Shown one piece after another: positions 1 to 15,589 of a stretch of DNA of 64,000 bases. This DNA is from an uncultured Pelagibacteraceae bacterium (GTDB lineage Bacteria > Pseudomonadota > Alphaproteobacteria > Pelagibacterales > Pelagibacteraceae). The stretch is taken from positions 40 through 64,039 of the forward strand of contig CABZPD010000004.1 in NCBI GenBank assembly GCA_902527415.1, written 5' to 3'. A model generated the notes under the pieces. That model had not been told where the DNA came from, searched no databases, and worked only from the letters and a program-made list of their open reading frames with translations. How positions within the stretch are numbered: the first letter of the stretch is position 1; every line of letters begins with the position of its first letter. The position numbers and the translations under genes are program-made.

Positions 1-1638
1 CAACTTTATCAAATATTTGATAGCAAAATTAAACAAAACTTAATCAAGCTATCTGGTGATCAAAATAAATCTCTAAAAAAAATGAATGTTTCAAATAAAA
101 AATTTAGAGTTCATGTTTTACAGGGCACCACTGGATCAGGTAAAACTTTAGTTTATTTTGAAGCGTTAAAACCACTGATAGAGAAGGGTTTTCAAGGATT
201 AATTTTATTACCAGAAATTGGTCTAACCAGCCAGTTTGAACAAAAATTTTTAGAATATTTTGGTTTTAAACCTGCAGTTTGGCATTCGGGTATTTCAAAA
301 AAAAAGAAAGAATTAATTTGGAGTGGCGTTTCTAACGGTAAAATAAAAATAATTATTGGCGCAAGATCTTCACTATTTTTACCATTTAAAAAATTAGGAA
401 TGATAATTGTTGATGAGGAACACGATCAATCATTTAAACAGGATGAGGGCATAACTTACAATGCTCGTGATATGGCAATTTCTAGAGCATCTTTTGAAAA
501 TATTCCAATCAATTTGATTACTGCTGTTCCATCTATAGAAACTTTTGAAAATATTAAAAAAGGCAAATATGAGGTTTCTAGATTAAACGAAAGATATCAA
601 AACGCAGCTTTACCTAATTATGAAATTATTAATTTAAATAATACAAAACTCAAAAAACAATCATGGCTATCAAATAAAATTATTGAAAAAGTAAATTTAC
701 ATTTAGAAAAAAAAGATCAAGTTTTGTTTTTTTTAAATAGAAGAGGTTTTTCTCCAAATGCTTTATGCAATAAGTGTTTTACAAGTTTTACATGTCCAAA
801 TTGTAGTATTAATTTAGTTTATCATAAAAATAAAAATAACTTATTGTGCCATTATTGTGGGTACAGATCTGATCTTAAAAGAAATTGTACAAAAGAAGGT
901 AATTGTGAATTTATTTTTAGTGGTCCTGGTGTTGAGAGAATTTCAGAAGAGGTAAAAAGAAAATTTCCTGGTAAAAAAATAGAAATTTTTTCAAGTGACA
1001 CAATGAATAAAAAAGATTCTAAGGAAAAAATAGATAAAATTATCAATAATGAAACGCATATTTTAGTTGGTACTCAATTAATCTCAAAAGGTTTTCATTT
1101 TCCAAGCTTAAATTGCATTGTAGTTGTTGATATCGATCTTTCATCTCAAGGACATGATTTAAGAAGTGCAGAAAAAAATTTACAGCTTTATCATCAACTT
1201 TCAGGACGAGCAGGAAGAACTGGAAAACCAGCAACAGTATATTTTCAAACTTATGAAAATAATACTAAGATGATCTCAGAAATTACAGGTAAAAATCCAG
1301 ATATTTTTTTAGAAAGAGAACTGGAGATAAGAAAAAAAAATAAGTTACCCCCATTTCAAAGATTTATTTCTTTAATCTTAACGGGAGATAATGAAATTAA
1401 ATTAGAAAAAGAAGCTATGAATTTTAAAAATTTTATTGAAAACAAAATAGAAGGAAAGATATTAGGCCCAGTGAATGCCCCGTTATTTAGATTAAAAAGA
1501 AAATTTAGAATAAGATTTTTGATAAGAGGTTCAAAATCTATGAAACTACAGAGTTCTCTTTCAAAAATTATTCTAAAATATAAATTTTCTTCTGGAATAA
1601 AACTTTCAGTTGATGTTGACCCAATTAACTTCAATTAA
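1..1638 (+). CDS. priA: Primosomal protein N' (replication restart helicase), 5' truncated by window edge
   Basis: Frame is open from base 1; Walker A GTTGSGKT, DEEH box, Cys-rich zinc region, GTQLISKG and QLSGRAGR motifs, C-terminal DVDP. Confidence 0.96.
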   Translation, partial: QLYQIFDSKIKQNLIKLSGDQNKSLKKMNVSNKKFRVHVLQGTTGSGKTLVYFEALKPLIEKGFQGLILLPEIGLTSQFEQKFLEYFGFKPAVWHSGISKKKKELIWSGVSNGKIKIIIGARSSLFLPFKKLGMIIVDEEHDQSFKQDEGITYNARDMAISRASFENIPINLITAVPSIETFENIKKGKYEVSRLNERYQNAALPNYEIINLNNTKLKKQSWLSNKIIEKVNLHLEKKDQVLFFLNRRGFSPNALCNKCFTSFTCPNCSINLVYHKNKNNLLCHYCGYRSDLKRNCTKEGNCEFIFSGPGVERISEEVKRKFPGKKIEIFSSDTMNKKDSKEKIDKIINNETHILVGTQLISKGFHFPSLNCIVVVDIDLSSQGHDLRSAEKNLQLYHQLSGRAGRTGKPATVYFQTYENNTKMISEITGKNPDIFLERELEIRKKNKLPPFQRFISLILTGDNEIKLEKEAMNFKNFIENKIEGKILGPVNAPLFRLKRKFRIRFLIRGSKSMKLQSSLSKIILKYKFSSGIKLSVDVDPINFN

Positions 1639-1673
1639 GCACAAAAAAGAGGCCTTTTTTACGAATCCGCTAC

Positions 1674-1702
1674 TTGAAGACATAAGGGTCATATGCTATT
1701 TA
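1674..1702 (+). promoter_or_regulatory. Probable sigma70 promoter of the atp operon
   Basis: TTGAAG-N17-TATTTA with extended -10 TG, upstream of SD AGAGGA and the atpH start. Confidence 0.5.
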
Positions 1703-1746
1703 GGGCGTGATTTTTAAATAATCTTCAACATTATAGAGGAACCAAG

Positions 1747-2304
1747 TTGAGTAAAGACACCGGATTTTCAATAACTTCAGCTGAAAGGTATTCTCTTGCG
1801 CTTTTTGAACTTTCAGAGGAAAACAATCTTTTAAGTCAGATCGAAGATCAGTCTTCATCTATTCTTAATTTAATTGAGCAAAGTGAAGATTTTTCTAATT
1901 TGATTAAAGATCCAACTACAAGCCAAGAAGATTTATTAAAAGTAATCAATACAATCTCTGAAAATAATAAATTTGAGTTTTTATTAAAAAATTTTTTAAG
2001 TTTCTTAATTCAAAAAAGACGTTTCTTTTTTATTGAGCGTATCCTTAAAAGCTTTATTGAGATTTGTTCAAGAAAAAGAGGTGAACTTAAGGCAGAATTA
2101 AAATCAGCAAAAGAATTATCTAACGAAGAAATTGCAAAAATTACAGAGGAGTTAACAAAAAATTTTAGCTCAAAAATAAAATTAAACTACAAACATGACG
2201 AAAGTTTAATAGGAGGTTTGGTAGTACAAGTAGGAAGTACTATGGTCGATACCTCAATTAAAAATAAATTACAACAAATCGAACATAGAATGATAGAGGC
2301 ATAA
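1747..2304 (+). CDS. atpH: ATP synthase F1 delta subunit
   Basis: AERYSLALFEL N-terminus, LIGGLVVQVGSTMVDTS motif, first gene of the F1 operon; TTG start. Confidence 0.96.
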   Translation: MSKDTGFSITSAERYSLALFELSEENNLLSQIEDQSSSILNLIEQSEDFSNLIKDPTTSQEDLLKVINTISENNKFEFLLKNFLSFLIQKRRFFFIERILKSFIEICSRKRGELKAELKSAKELSNEEIAKITEELTKNFSSKIKLNYKHDESLIGGLVVQVGSTMVDTSIKNKLQQIEHRMIEA

Positions 2305-3840
2305 ATGGAAATAAATCCTTCAGAAGTTACAAAAATATTAAAAGAACAAATTAAAAATTTTGGTGATAAAGCAGAAGTCACAGAAGTTGGTCAAGTTTTA
2401 TCAGTTGGAGACGGTATTGCTAGGATTTATGGTTTGGATAATGTTCAAGCTGGTGAAATGGTAGAGTTTGCAGATGGTTCAAAAGGTATGGCTCTTAATT
2501 TAGAAAGTGAAAACGTTGGTGTCGTAATTTTTGGTGATGACAGAAATGTTAAAGAAGGGGATGTAGTAAAAAGAACGGGTAATATTGTTGATACTCCAGT
2601 TGGAAAAGAATTATTAGGAAGAGTAGTGGATGGTTTAGGAAATCCTATTGATGGAAAAGGACCATTAGATAAAGGAATTAAAAAAAGCAGGGTTGAAGTA
2701 AAAGCTCCTGGTATTATTCCACGACAATCAGTAAGTGAACCAATGCAAACTGGTCTTAAATCAATTGACAGTCTAGTTCCAATTGGAAGAGGGCAAAGGG
2801 AATTAATTATCGGTGATAGACAAACTGGTAAAACAGCAGTCGCAGTAGATGCAATTATTAATCAAAAAAAAATCAATGAATCTGGTGATGAAAAACAAAA
2901 ACTGTATTGTATATACGTTGCAGTTGGACAAAAAAGATCAACAGTAAGACAAATTCAAAAAACATTAGAAGAAGCTGGAGCTATGGAGTACACAACTATC
3001 GTTGCTGCTACTGCATCGGACTCTGCTCCTTTACAATTTTTAGCACCATACACAGGTTGTGCTATGGGAGAGTATTTTAGAGATAATGGAATGCATGCGT
3101 TAATAATTTATGATGATTTGTCTAAACAAGCAGTTGCTTATAGACAAATGTCATTGCTATTAAGAAGACCTCCAGGACGTGAGGCTTATCCTGGAGATGT
3201 ATTTTATCTTCATAGTAGATTACTTGAAAGAGCAGCTAAATTAAGTGACGAACATGGAGGTGGATCACTTACTGCACTGCCAATTATTGAAACACAAGGT
3301 GGAGACGTATCCGCGTTTATTCCAACTAACGTTATTTCAATTACAGACGGACAAATTTTCCTTGAAACAGAACTATTTAACCAAGGTATAAGACCTGCAA
3401 TTAACGTAGGTTTATCAGTATCTAGGGTTGGTTCATCAGCTCAAACAAAAGCGATGAAAAAAGTTTCTGGTTCAATGAAACTAGAGTTAGCACAATACAG
3501 AGAAATGGCAGCTTTTGCTCAATTCGGATCTGATTTAGATGCATCTACTCAGCAGCTTTTGAATAGAGGCTCTAAACTAACTGAACTTTTAAAACAAAAA
3601 CAATATTCACCGATGACTGTTGCAGAACAAGTTATTTCAGTATTTTGTGGAGTGAAAGGTTATCTTGATGATATTGATTTAAAAGACGTTGCTGAATTTG
3701 AGAGCAAGATTATTGAAAAATGTAAATCAGATAAGCCTGAAATTATCGAGTCAATTTTAACTTCAGGAAAACTTGAGGAAGATAAAGAAAAATTACTTGT
3801 TGATGTAATAACTCAATTAAAAGGAAATTTTAAATCTTAA
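2305..3840 (+). CDS. atpA: ATP synthase F1 alpha subunit
   Basis: [31 protein letters not shown]. Confidence 0.99.
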   Translation: MEINPSEVTKILKEQIKNFGDKAEVTEVGQVLSVGDGIARIYGLDNVQAGEMVEFADGSKGMALNLESENVGVVIFGDDRNVKEGDVVKRTGNIVDTPVGKELLGRVVDGLGNPIDGKGPLDKGIKKSRVEVKAPGIIPRQSVSEPMQTGLKSIDSLVPIGRGQRELIIGDRQTGKTAVAVDAIINQKKINESGDEKQKLYCIYVAVGQKRSTVRQIQKTLEEAGAMEYTTIVAATASDSAPLQFLAPYTGCAMGEYFRDNGMHALIIYDDLSKQAVAYRQMSLLLRRPPGREAYPGDVFYLHSRLLERAAKLSDEHGGGSLTALPIIETQGGDVSAFIPTNVISITDGQIFLETELFNQGIRPAINVGLSVSRVGSSAQTKAMKKVSGSMKLELAQYREMAAFAQFGSDLDASTQQLLNRGSKLTELLKQKQYSPMTVAEQVISVFCGVKGYLDDIDLKDVAEFESKIIEKCKSDKPEIIESILTSGKLEEDKEKLLVDVITQLKGNFKS

Positions 3841-3846
3841 TAATTT

Positions 3847-6139
<2,293 letters not shown>

Positions 6140-6140
<1 letters not shown>

Positions 6141-6532
6141 TGAGCGAAGAGTTTAAAGTTGAAATAGTAAATCCTGAAAAATCTTTTTTAGTAAAAGATG
6201 ATGTTTCAGAAGTTGTGGTCCCTGCTTTTGAAGGAGAGATGGGAATATTGAAGGATCATATTTCTATTATTTCCTTTTTAAAACCTGGGATAATTAAGAT
6301 TTTATCAAAATCAGGTGATGAAAATTACTATGTTGAAGATGGGATTGTTGAGTTTAAAAATAACAATCTATCTATTTTAACAAGTACAATTTTTAATCTT
6401 GCTGATATGGATAAATCAAAGCAACAAGATTTACTTAAACAGGCAGAAGAAGAGGCTAATAAAACCGATATTAACGATCAATCTAAATATTTAGCAGATC
6501 AAAAAGTGGAAGTTTTAAAAACTCTAAATTAA
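6140..6532 (+). CDS. atpC: ATP synthase F1 epsilon subunit
   Basis: GEMGILKDH motif, follows atpD with TAATG coupling. Confidence 0.95.
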
Positions 6533-6997
6533 TTTTTTTACTTTTTCTTTAAGTTCTTTGTAAACATGATGTTTAAAATCAACCACTACATCAGTAATTA
6601 AATCTAAGTCAATCCATTTCCAATCCAAAAACTCTGGATTAGATGTGTTAATATTTATTTCACTATCATTTCCAATAAATCGCATTAAAAACCATTTTTG
6701 CTTTTGACCTTTGTACTTACCTTTCCAAATAATACCTAGTAATCTATCAGGTAAATCATAGGTTAATGTACCATCTAATTCTTTTATAAGTTCAACGCTT
6801 TTGATACTTGTTTCTTCCTCTAGTTCTCTAAATGCAGCTTTTAAATTATCCTCTCCCTCATCAACACCACCCTGAGGCATTTGCCAAAAATTTTTAGGAT
6901 TATCTATTCTTTTTGCTACGAATACTTTATTTTCCTTATTTAATAACACAATTCCGACCCCACTTCTCAGTGGTAAATCTTTTAAATTTTTATTCAT
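6524..6997 (-). CDS. rppH: RNA pyrophosphohydrolase (Nudix)
   Basis: WQMPQGGVDEGE...RELEEE Nudix box, GQKQKWF motif. Confidence 0.93.
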   Translation of the reverse strand: MNKNLKDLPLRSGVGIVLLNKENKVFVAKRIDNPKNFWQMPQGGVDEGEDNLKAAFRELEEETSIKSVELIKELDGTLTYDLPDRLLGIIWKGKYKGQKQKWFLMRFIGNDSEININTSNPEFLDWKWIDLDLITDVVVDFKHHVYKELKEKVKKLI

Positions 6998-6998
6998 A

Positions 6999-8138
6999 TT
7001 ATCCGTTAAGTAACTTAATAGCGTAGTTTAATTGATTATCAGTATCAGTTTTTATTCTAAAATCATCACCCTCTTCATTTACTTCAATATCTGGTCTAAC
7101 ACCTACTTCAGAAATAGATTTTCCAGAAGGAAGATAATATTTTGCGACAGTTAATCTGATAGCACCACGATTTTTTAAAGGAATAATGGATTGGACAGAA
7201 CCTTTACCAAAGCTATTTTCACCAACGATGATTGCTCTTTTGTGATCCTTTAAAGCTCCAGCAACAATTTCAGATGCAGATGCTGAACCATAGTTAATTA
7301 AAACCAATAGTGTTTTTCCATCGGTAATATCTCCTTTTTTTGCAAACCATTTTCTGTTTTCAGATTTTTTTCTGCTTTTTGTTGAAACTATCTCTCCATT
7401 TTCCAGAAAAAAATCTGATATCTTTATTGCTTGAGATAAAAGACCTCCAGGATTATTTCTTAAATCTAAAATAAATGAATTTAAGTTTTTATCTTTTTTA
7501 AGTTTTTTAATTTGTTTTTCTATTTGATCACTACTGTTATCGTTAAATGAAGTGAGCCTGATGTATCCAATATTTTCATCTATAATTTCAGATTTTACAG
7601 ATTGAACCTGAATAACTTCTCTTATGATATTAAATGTTAGCGCTTTTCTTTCGCCTCTTCGTCTTACTGTTAACTCTATTCCAGAACCTACAGGTCCTCT
7701 CATTAAATCAACTGCTTCACTTAATGATTTTCCTTGAACCTGGATATCATTTATTTTGACTATGTAATCACCAGCTTTTAATCCAGCCCTAGATGCAGGG
7801 GTATCATCTATTGGTGAAATTACTTTTACCACACCAGCCTCCATGCTAACTTCAATTCCTAGTCCACCAAATTCACCACTGGTTTCTGTTTGCATTTCAT
7901 CAAAAATTTTAGGAGACATGTAGGATGAATAAGGATCTAAGGATTGTAAAAGTCCATTGATAGCAGAGTCCATGCTTTCAGATTGATTGAACTCATCAAC
8001 ATATTCTTTATTAATTTTTTCTAGAACCTCACCGAAGAGATCGATTTTTTTATAAATATCAATTTCGGCTGAAATAACTGTTTTATTTAAATAAAAAACA
8101 GAGAAAAGAATTAATAATAAAAATTTAATTTTTTTCAT
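6999..8138 (-). CDS. ctpA: Carboxyl-terminal processing protease (S41A)
   Basis: PDZ GLGI, DLRNNPGG, SASASEI, FGKGSVQ; start moved to MKKIKF, which gives a signal peptide and ATGA overlap with rsfS. Confidence 0.93.
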   Translation of the reverse strand: MKKIKFLLLILFSVFYLNKTVISAEIDIYKKIDLFGEVLEKINKEYVDEFNQSESMDSAINGLLQSLDPYSSYMSPKIFDEMQTETSGEFGGLGIEVSMEAGVVKVISPIDDTPASRAGLKAGDYIVKINDIQVQGKSLSEAVDLMRGPVGSGIELTVRRRGERKALTFNIIREVIQVQSVKSEIIDENIGYIRLTSFNDNSSDQIEKQIKKLKKDKNLNSFILDLRNNPGGLLSQAIKISDFFLENGEIVSTKSRKKSENRKWFAKKGDITDGKTLLVLINYGSASASEIVAGALKDHKRAIIVGENSFGKGSVQSIIPLKNRGAIRLTVAKYYLPSGKSISEVGVRPDIEVNEEGDDFRIKTDTDNQLNYAIKLLNG

Positions 8139-8485
8139 ATCATCACTTTTTCTTTTGGAATAAGCTCTGACCAAATTTTTTCTAATTCATAAAACTTTCT
8201 TTTTTCTGGGTGAAAAATATGAACAATCAAATCAATTCCATCAACAAGTTTCCATTCTCCACTTTCTTTACCTTCAATTTTTGAGTCTTTTACACCGTTA
8301 TTTTTAAGTTTTTCTAAAACTTGTTCTGATAAAGATTGGATATGTCTAGATGAAGTTCCACTTGCTATGATCATGTAATCAGCCATAGAACTTTTGTCTT
8401 TAAGATCAATAGTTACGATGTCTTGAGCTTTATTGAGATCTAGTGTGTTGATTACAATTTCTTTTAAGTCTGAAATTTTGTCCAT
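8135..8485 (-). CDS. rsfS: Ribosome silencing factor
   Basis: DYMIIASGTSSRH, WKLVDGIDLIVHIF...RKFYELEKIW; downstream of nadD. Confidence 0.95.
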   Translation of the reverse strand: MDKISDLKEIVINTLDLNKAQDIVTIDLKDKSSMADYMIIASGTSSRHIQSLSEQVLEKLKNNGVKDSKIEGKESGEWKLVDGIDLIVHIFHPEKRKFYELEKIWSELIPKEKVMI

Positions 8486-8502
8486 TAATTGATTTTAGAT
8501 TA

Positions 8503-9024
8503 TCAAATTTTTCTTAATTGAGAAGATGAAATGTTGACTTTATTAAACTCAATAAACTTTAGATTGGCCTTACTAAGTTGCTTAAATGTCTTTGATTTTA
8601 AAGAATTTTTTTTATACCCATGTCTATCAAAAACTAGAATGTTACATTTTTGTGAAATTAATTTAGATTTATGCCATTTATGAAAATTAATAAGGTTGTC
8701 GGCACCCATTAAAAAATAAATTTCAATGTTTTTATCTTTTTTTAAATGATTGATTAAATTTATAGTTTTATTTGATTTAATAATTTTTTCATAAAATTTA
8801 ACCTTAATAAATGAATTTGTACTAATTATTTTTTTACAATATTTAATTCTGTCAGCAATAGATGTCTTGCTCTCTATTTTAAATGGATTTTTTTTTGTAA
8901 TTGCCCAAATAATTTTTTTGAGTTTAAATCTTTTTTTTGCTTCCTTAGAAATTGCTAAATGCCCTTTGTGAGCAGGATCAAACGATCCGCCCAATACACC
9001 AATTTTTATTTTTGTGTTATTCAA
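8503..9024 (-). CDS. nadD: Nicotinate-nucleotide adenylyltransferase
   Basis: GGSFDPAHKGH, FLMGADN, ISSSQLR. Confidence 0.93.
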   Translation of the reverse strand: MNNTKIKIGVLGGSFDPAHKGHLAISKEAKKRFKLKKIIWAITKKNPFKIESKTSIADRIKYCKKIISTNSFIKVKFYEKIIKSNKTINLINHLKKDKNIEIYFLMGADNLINFHKWHKSKLISQKCNILVFDRHGYKKNSLKSKTFKQLSKANLKFIEFNKVNISSSQLRKI

Positions 9025-9025
9025 T

Positions 9026-10276
9026 TTAATTTCTTATTTTACCATTACTAGTAATTTCATATTTATATGAAATCAATTGATTTAAACCCACAGGACCTCT
9101 TGGTGGTAGTGTATTAGTAGAAATACCAACTTCTCCACCAAATCCAAATTCACCACCATCAGCAAATTGAGTTGAGGTATTATGCATTGCAATTGAGCTT
9201 TTAACATTTTTTAAGAAATATTTTGCTGTTTTTTTATTTTTTGTAATGATGGAGTCAGTGTGCATAGTTCCGTATTTATTAATATGATTAATTGCCTCTT
9301 CAGAATTTTTAACAACTTTAACAGATATTATTGATGCTAAATATTCAGTTGACCAATCTTTTTCTTTTGCAGGATATACTTGGCCTTTGTAATAACTCTT
9401 CAAAATCTTATCGCCAATTATTTTACAACCACTATTTTCAAGTGCCTGCAAAATAGGATTACTAAATTTTTTGACTATATTTTTATGAATAAGAATAGTT
9501 TCAGTCGCGCCACAAATACTTGTATTTCTTAATTTAGCGTTATAGACAACTTCTTTAGCCATTTTTAATTCTGCATCTTTATCTATATAAGTATGACAAA
9601 GCCCCTCTAAGTGGCCAATTATAGGTACTTTGGATAATTCTAAAACTTTTTTAACTAAATTTTTTCCACCACGAGGTATGATGACATCGATATATTTTTT
9701 CATTTTAGAAAGCATAATATCCACAAGCCTTCTTTGTTTTGAATCGATAAATTGTATAAAGTTTTCATCAACTTTATTTTTTTTAAGTGCTTTTCTAAAC
9801 AACTTAGCTAAAGCTTTATTTGAATTTATGGCCTCAGAGCCTCCTTTCAAAATCACTACATTTCCAGATTTAAAACAAAGACTAGCAACATCTGAAGTTA
9901 CATTTGGTCTACTTTCATAAATAACACCAATAACTCCAATTGGTATTGAAACTCTTTTAATATTCAAACCATTTGGTCTTTTCCATTTTTCTAAAGTGAT
10001 ATCTATAGGGTCCCTTAATTTAGCTATTTTTAAAATAGAATTTATAATTCCATCTAATTTATTTTCATTTAAATGAAGTCTTTTGATTAAGTTTTCTTTT
10101 AAACCTTTTTTTCTTGCGTAATTAATATCTTTTGAATTTTGATTAATAATAAATTTTTTTTCATTCTTAATTAATTTCGCGTAATCATTTAAGACTTTAT
10201 TTTTTACTTCAGTTGTAACTTTATACTCACTAGCTTTTCGAGCTTTTATTCCAATTAAATTCATATATTTAATCAT
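9026..10276 (-). CDS. proA: Gamma-glutamyl phosphate reductase
   Basis: IYESRPNVT, IIPRGG, FADGGEFGFGGEVGIST, RGPVGL. Confidence 0.96.
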   Translation of the reverse strand: MIKYMNLIGIKARKASEYKVTTEVKNKVLNDYAKLIKNEKKFIINQNSKDINYARKKGLKENLIKRLHLNENKLDGIINSILKIAKLRDPIDITLEKWKRPNGLNIKRVSIPIGVIGVIYESRPNVTSDVASLCFKSGNVVILKGGSEAINSNKALAKLFRKALKKNKVDENFIQFIDSKQRRLVDIMLSKMKKYIDVIIPRGGKNLVKKVLELSKVPIIGHLEGLCHTYIDKDAELKMAKEVVYNAKLRNTSICGATETILIHKNIVKKFSNPILQALENSGCKIIGDKILKSYYKGQVYPAKEKDWSTEYLASIISVKVVKNSEEAINHINKYGTMHTDSIITKNKKTAKYFLKNVKSSIAMHNTSTQFADGGEFGFGGEVGISTNTLPPRGPVGLNQLISYKYEITSNGKIRN

Positions 10277-12371
<2,095 letters not shown>

Positions 12372-12387
12372 TTAATTGGTTGTACTA

Positions 12388-12642
12388 TTAATTGGGCTTT
12401 ACAGAAACGAAAGTTCTATCTGATTTAGATTTTTTGAAAACAACTTTCCCTTTAACAACTGAAAATATTGAATGATCTTTACCCATACCAACATTTTCAC
12501 CTGGAAAAATCTTAGTTCCTCTTTGTCTAACAATTATGTTTCCAGGAATTACTGTTTCACCACCATACTTTTTTACACCAAGTCTCCTACCGGCACTATC
12601 TCGTCCGTTTCGTGATGATCCACCTGCTTTTTTTGTTGCCAT
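12388..12642 (-). CDS. rpmA: 50S ribosomal protein L27
   Basis: [23 protein letters not shown]. Confidence 0.98.
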   Translation of the reverse strand: MATKKAGGSSRNGRDSAGRRLGVKKYGGETVIPGNIIVRQRGTKIFPGENVGMGKDHSIFSVVKGKVVFKKSKSDRTFVSVKPN

Positions 12643-12656
12643 AATTTACCTAATAA

Positions 12657-13055
12657 CTATTTGCTTACTACTTCCTTAACTTCTTCTTTTTTTGAAGTTT
12701 TAGAAATTTTTTCAGCTTCTGATAACACTTTACCATCTTTTGAAAAAATTTTGTTAATTCTTATCATAGAATATTCTTGTCTATGTCCATTTTTTCTTCT
12801 TGAATTTTGTCTTCTTCTTTTTTTAAAAATTAAAATAGTTCTATTTTTACTATTTTTAATTAAATCAGCTTCTACTTTTGCACCCTCAACATTTGGAGTT
12901 CCAATTTCAATTGATTTATCATCGCCGTATGCCAAGATTTCATTAAACTCTATTTTAGTTTCAGGTTTAGAGTCTGGTAATTTTTCAATCTTTAGAATTT
13001 CTCCAGATTTTACTTTATACTGTTTTCCACCTGTTTTTATTACTGCGTATGACAT
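12657..13055 (-). CDS. rplU: 50S ribosomal protein L21
   Basis: YAVIKTGGKQYKV, RKNGHRQ; short charged C-terminal extension. Confidence 0.98.
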   Translation of the reverse strand: MSYAVIKTGGKQYKVKSGEILKIEKLPDSKPETKIEFNEILAYGDDKSIEIGTPNVEGAKVEADLIKNSKNRTILIFKKRRRQNSRRKNGHRQEYSMIRINKIFSKDGKVLSEAEKISKTSKKEEVKEVVSK

Positions 13056-13119
13056 AGTATGGTTTAATTTTAATTTACCGCAATATAGTTGTAGTCAGCC
13101 TTTAGTCAAGCCGAATTAA

Positions 13120-13839
13120 TTAGAAATTATCCTTAAAATCTCTTAATTTTGAAAAGGTTTTAACATCTTTTGCTCTTAAAAATATATTACACTCCAATTC
13201 CTCTTTTAAAGTTGAGGGTATCGTAGGAATTCCATTTTCTCTTAATTTTTCTATTTTTTCTATTTTTTTTTGTAAATCTTTGTTTTCGGAATCATATTTT
13301 TTGCAAAATTTTGCATTGTTTAGAGTGTATTCATGACCACAATAAATTTTTGTGTCTTTCGGTAATAATTTAATTTTGTTTAAAGATTCAAACATTTCTT
13401 CATAAGAACCTTCAAATATTCTTCCACAACCAAGTGAGAAGAGTGTATCTCCGGTAAAAACTATTTTTTCTTTAAAAAAATTAAAACAAATATGGCCTGA
13501 AGTATGTCCAGGTATATGCATAATTTTAGCTTCAAAGTTTTCAGCTTTCCATATTTGATTATCTTCTAACAATATGTCTATCTCCGGTATTCTTTTCGAG
13601 TCTCCTTTAAAACCCACAACAACTGATCCATATTTTTTTTTTAATTCTTGATTTCCTCCAATATGATCATAGTGATGATGAGTATTAAGAATGTATTTTA
13701 ATTTTATATTTTTATTATCTAGGAAATTTATTATTGGCTCAGCCTCACTGGGATCTATAATACACGCAGAATTATTACTTTCGTCTATTATTAAATAGCT
13801 ATAGTTGTCTTGAAGACAAGGTATAATTTCAATATGCAT
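13120..13839 (-). CDS. gloB: Hydroxyacylglutathione hydrolase (glyoxalase II)
   Basis: DNYSYL, THHHYDHIGG, FTGDTLFSLGCGR, CGHEYT. Confidence 0.95.
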   Translation of the reverse strand: MHIEIIPCLQDNYSYLIIDESNNSACIIDPSEAEPIINFLDNKNIKLKYILNTHHHYDHIGGNQELKKKYGSVVVGFKGDSKRIPEIDILLEDNQIWKAENFEAKIMHIPGHTSGHICFNFFKEKIVFTGDTLFSLGCGRIFEGSYEEMFESLNKIKLLPKDTKIYCGHEYTLNNAKFCKKYDSENKDLQKKIEKIEKLRENGIPTIPSTLKEELECNIFLRAKDVKTFSKLRDFKDNF

Positions 13840-13840
13840 T

Positions 13841-14437
13841 TTATTTTTCTATCAAAAATATACCTAGATCTGCAAACAAATTTTTAACACCCAAATTACT
13901 CTCATTTATTATTGATTTATTAAGATTGTTTAAAGCGAGTGATTTAAAAATCTTTATATCTTTTGATTTTACAAAATGAAAAAAATCTTTGATTGTGCAC
14001 ATGTGTAAATTTGGAGTGTTATACCATTCATCTGGTAATGTTTTTGTAATTGGCATTGTACCTTTAAATAATAAATGAAATCTTACTTTCCAATATCCAA
14101 AATTAGGAACAGTAACTATTGCTTTTTTTCCAACTCTTAAAAGTTCATCTAAAACTAATTCGGGATTAAGAAAGGCTTGAAGGGTTTGACTTAAAACAAC
14201 ATAATCAAATGATTTGTCTGGAAATTGTTTTAAATCTTTTTCAGCATTCCCTTCAATTACAGTTAAACCTTTAGCAATACATTCTTGCACTTTTTCTTTT
14301 GAAATCTCTAATCCTCTTATATTTATGTTTTTATTATCCTTTAAAAATTTCATTAAAGTTCCATCAGCACAACCTACATCTAAGACTTTCTTATCTTTTT
14401 CAATTAAATCTGCTATTACCTGAAATTCATTTTTCAT
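13841..14437 (-). CDS. metW: Methionine biosynthesis protein MetW
   Basis: VLDVGCADG, LSQTLQA, WYNTPNLH; directly behind metX. Confidence 0.94.
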   Translation of the reverse strand: MKNEFQVIADLIEKDKKVLDVGCADGTLMKFLKDNKNINIRGLEISKEKVQECIAKGLTVIEGNAEKDLKQFPDKSFDYVVLSQTLQAFLNPELVLDELLRVGKKAIVTVPNFGYWKVRFHLLFKGTMPITKTLPDEWYNTPNLHMCTIKDFFHFVKSKDIKIFKSLALNNLNKSIINESNLGVKNLFADLGIFLIEK

Positions 14438-15555
14438 AATTTATTTTCTTCGTAAGATTTATCTAAAAAGTTTTTAAGTGCACTTAAGAAATCAGGAACG
14501 TCTAGTAAAAAAGAGTCGTGACCTTTATCTGACTCAATTTCTACAAATCCAACATCAGCTCCAATTGAGTTTAAAGCAATCACAATATCTTTGTTTTCTT
14601 GGGTTGGATAAAGCCAATCTGAAGTAAATGAAATTATAAAAAATTTCGCTTTTGTACTTATAAATGCTTCTGAAAGATTACCATTGAATTGCTTAGCTAA
14701 ATCAAAATAATCCATAGCTCTAGTAATATAAAGATAACTATTTGCATCAAATCTATCTACGAAAACTGAGCCCTGATATCTTAAATAACTTTCTATTTGA
14801 AAATCAGCGTCAAATCCAAATTTAAGATCTTCTCTTTCTTGTAACTTTCTTCCAAATTTTTCTTGCAAACCTTTTTTAGATAAATAAGTAATATGAGCTG
14901 CCATTCTAGCTACTGCCAATCCTTTTCCAGGATTAGTATCGTTTGATGTATAATTCCCATCTTTCCAGTTACTATCAGCTGTAATAGCTTGTCTACCTAG
15001 TTCGTTAAAAGCAATATTTTGAGCTGAATGACTAGATGTGGTTGCTATCGGTATCACTGTTTTGGATTTATCAGGAAAGTTACTAATAAACTGAAGGACT
15101 TGCATACCTCCCATTGAACCACCAGTTATAGAAAACAGTTTATCAATACCAAAATGATCAAGTAAATTATATTGAGCATTCACCATATCATTAATTGTAA
15201 TAACAGGAAAATTTGTTCCAAAAACTTTTTGATCAGGATCTTTATCACTTGGTCCGTATGATCCCATACATCCACCAATTACGTTAGAGCAAATAACAAA
15301 ATATTTATTCGTATCGATAGCTTTATCAGGACCTACTGCATAACTCCACCAACCCTCTTTTTTAGTTACAGGGTTTATTCCGGTTACAAATTGATCCCCT
15401 GTTAGAGCATGGAAAACTAATATTGCATTATCTTTTTTTGAATTAAGTGAACCGTAAGTTTCATAGGCTATCGGAAAATCTTTTATGGTCTTTCCACAGT
15501 CTAATTTTAGTGGTTTCTTTACAATTAAAGTTTTTATGTTTTTCTCAGTATTCAT
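14434..15555 (-). CDS. metX: Homoserine O-acyl(acetyl)transferase
   Basis: HALTGD, GGSMGG nucleophile motif, FDANSYLYIT, GHDSFL. Confidence 0.95.
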   Translation of the reverse strand: MNTEKNIKTLIVKKPLKLDCGKTIKDFPIAYETYGSLNSKKDNAILVFHALTGDQFVTGINPVTKKEGWWSYAVGPDKAIDTNKYFVICSNVIGGCMGSYGPSDKDPDQKVFGTNFPVITINDMVNAQYNLLDHFGIDKLFSITGGSMGGMQVLQFISNFPDKSKTVIPIATTSSHSAQNIAFNELGRQAITADSNWKDGNYTSNDTNPGKGLAVARMAAHITYLSKKGLQEKFGRKLQEREDLKFGFDADFQIESYLRYQGSVFVDRFDANSYLYITRAMDYFDLAKQFNGNLSEAFISTKAKFFIISFTSDWLYPTQENKDIVIALNSIGADVGFVEIESDKGHDSFLLDVPDFLSALKNFLDKSYEENKL

Positions 15556-15589
15556 AGTTTTTGACTGTTTCGAATTGTGAGAAAAAAAA

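Noticed and set aside
1643-1660. AAAAAAG-AGGC-CTTTTTT after priA as a terminator
   Set aside because: Stem is almost all A-U; too weak to call
12661-13119. 152-aa plus-strand ORF antisense to rplU
   Set aside because: Shadow frame of a conserved ribosomal protein gene; no motif or SD
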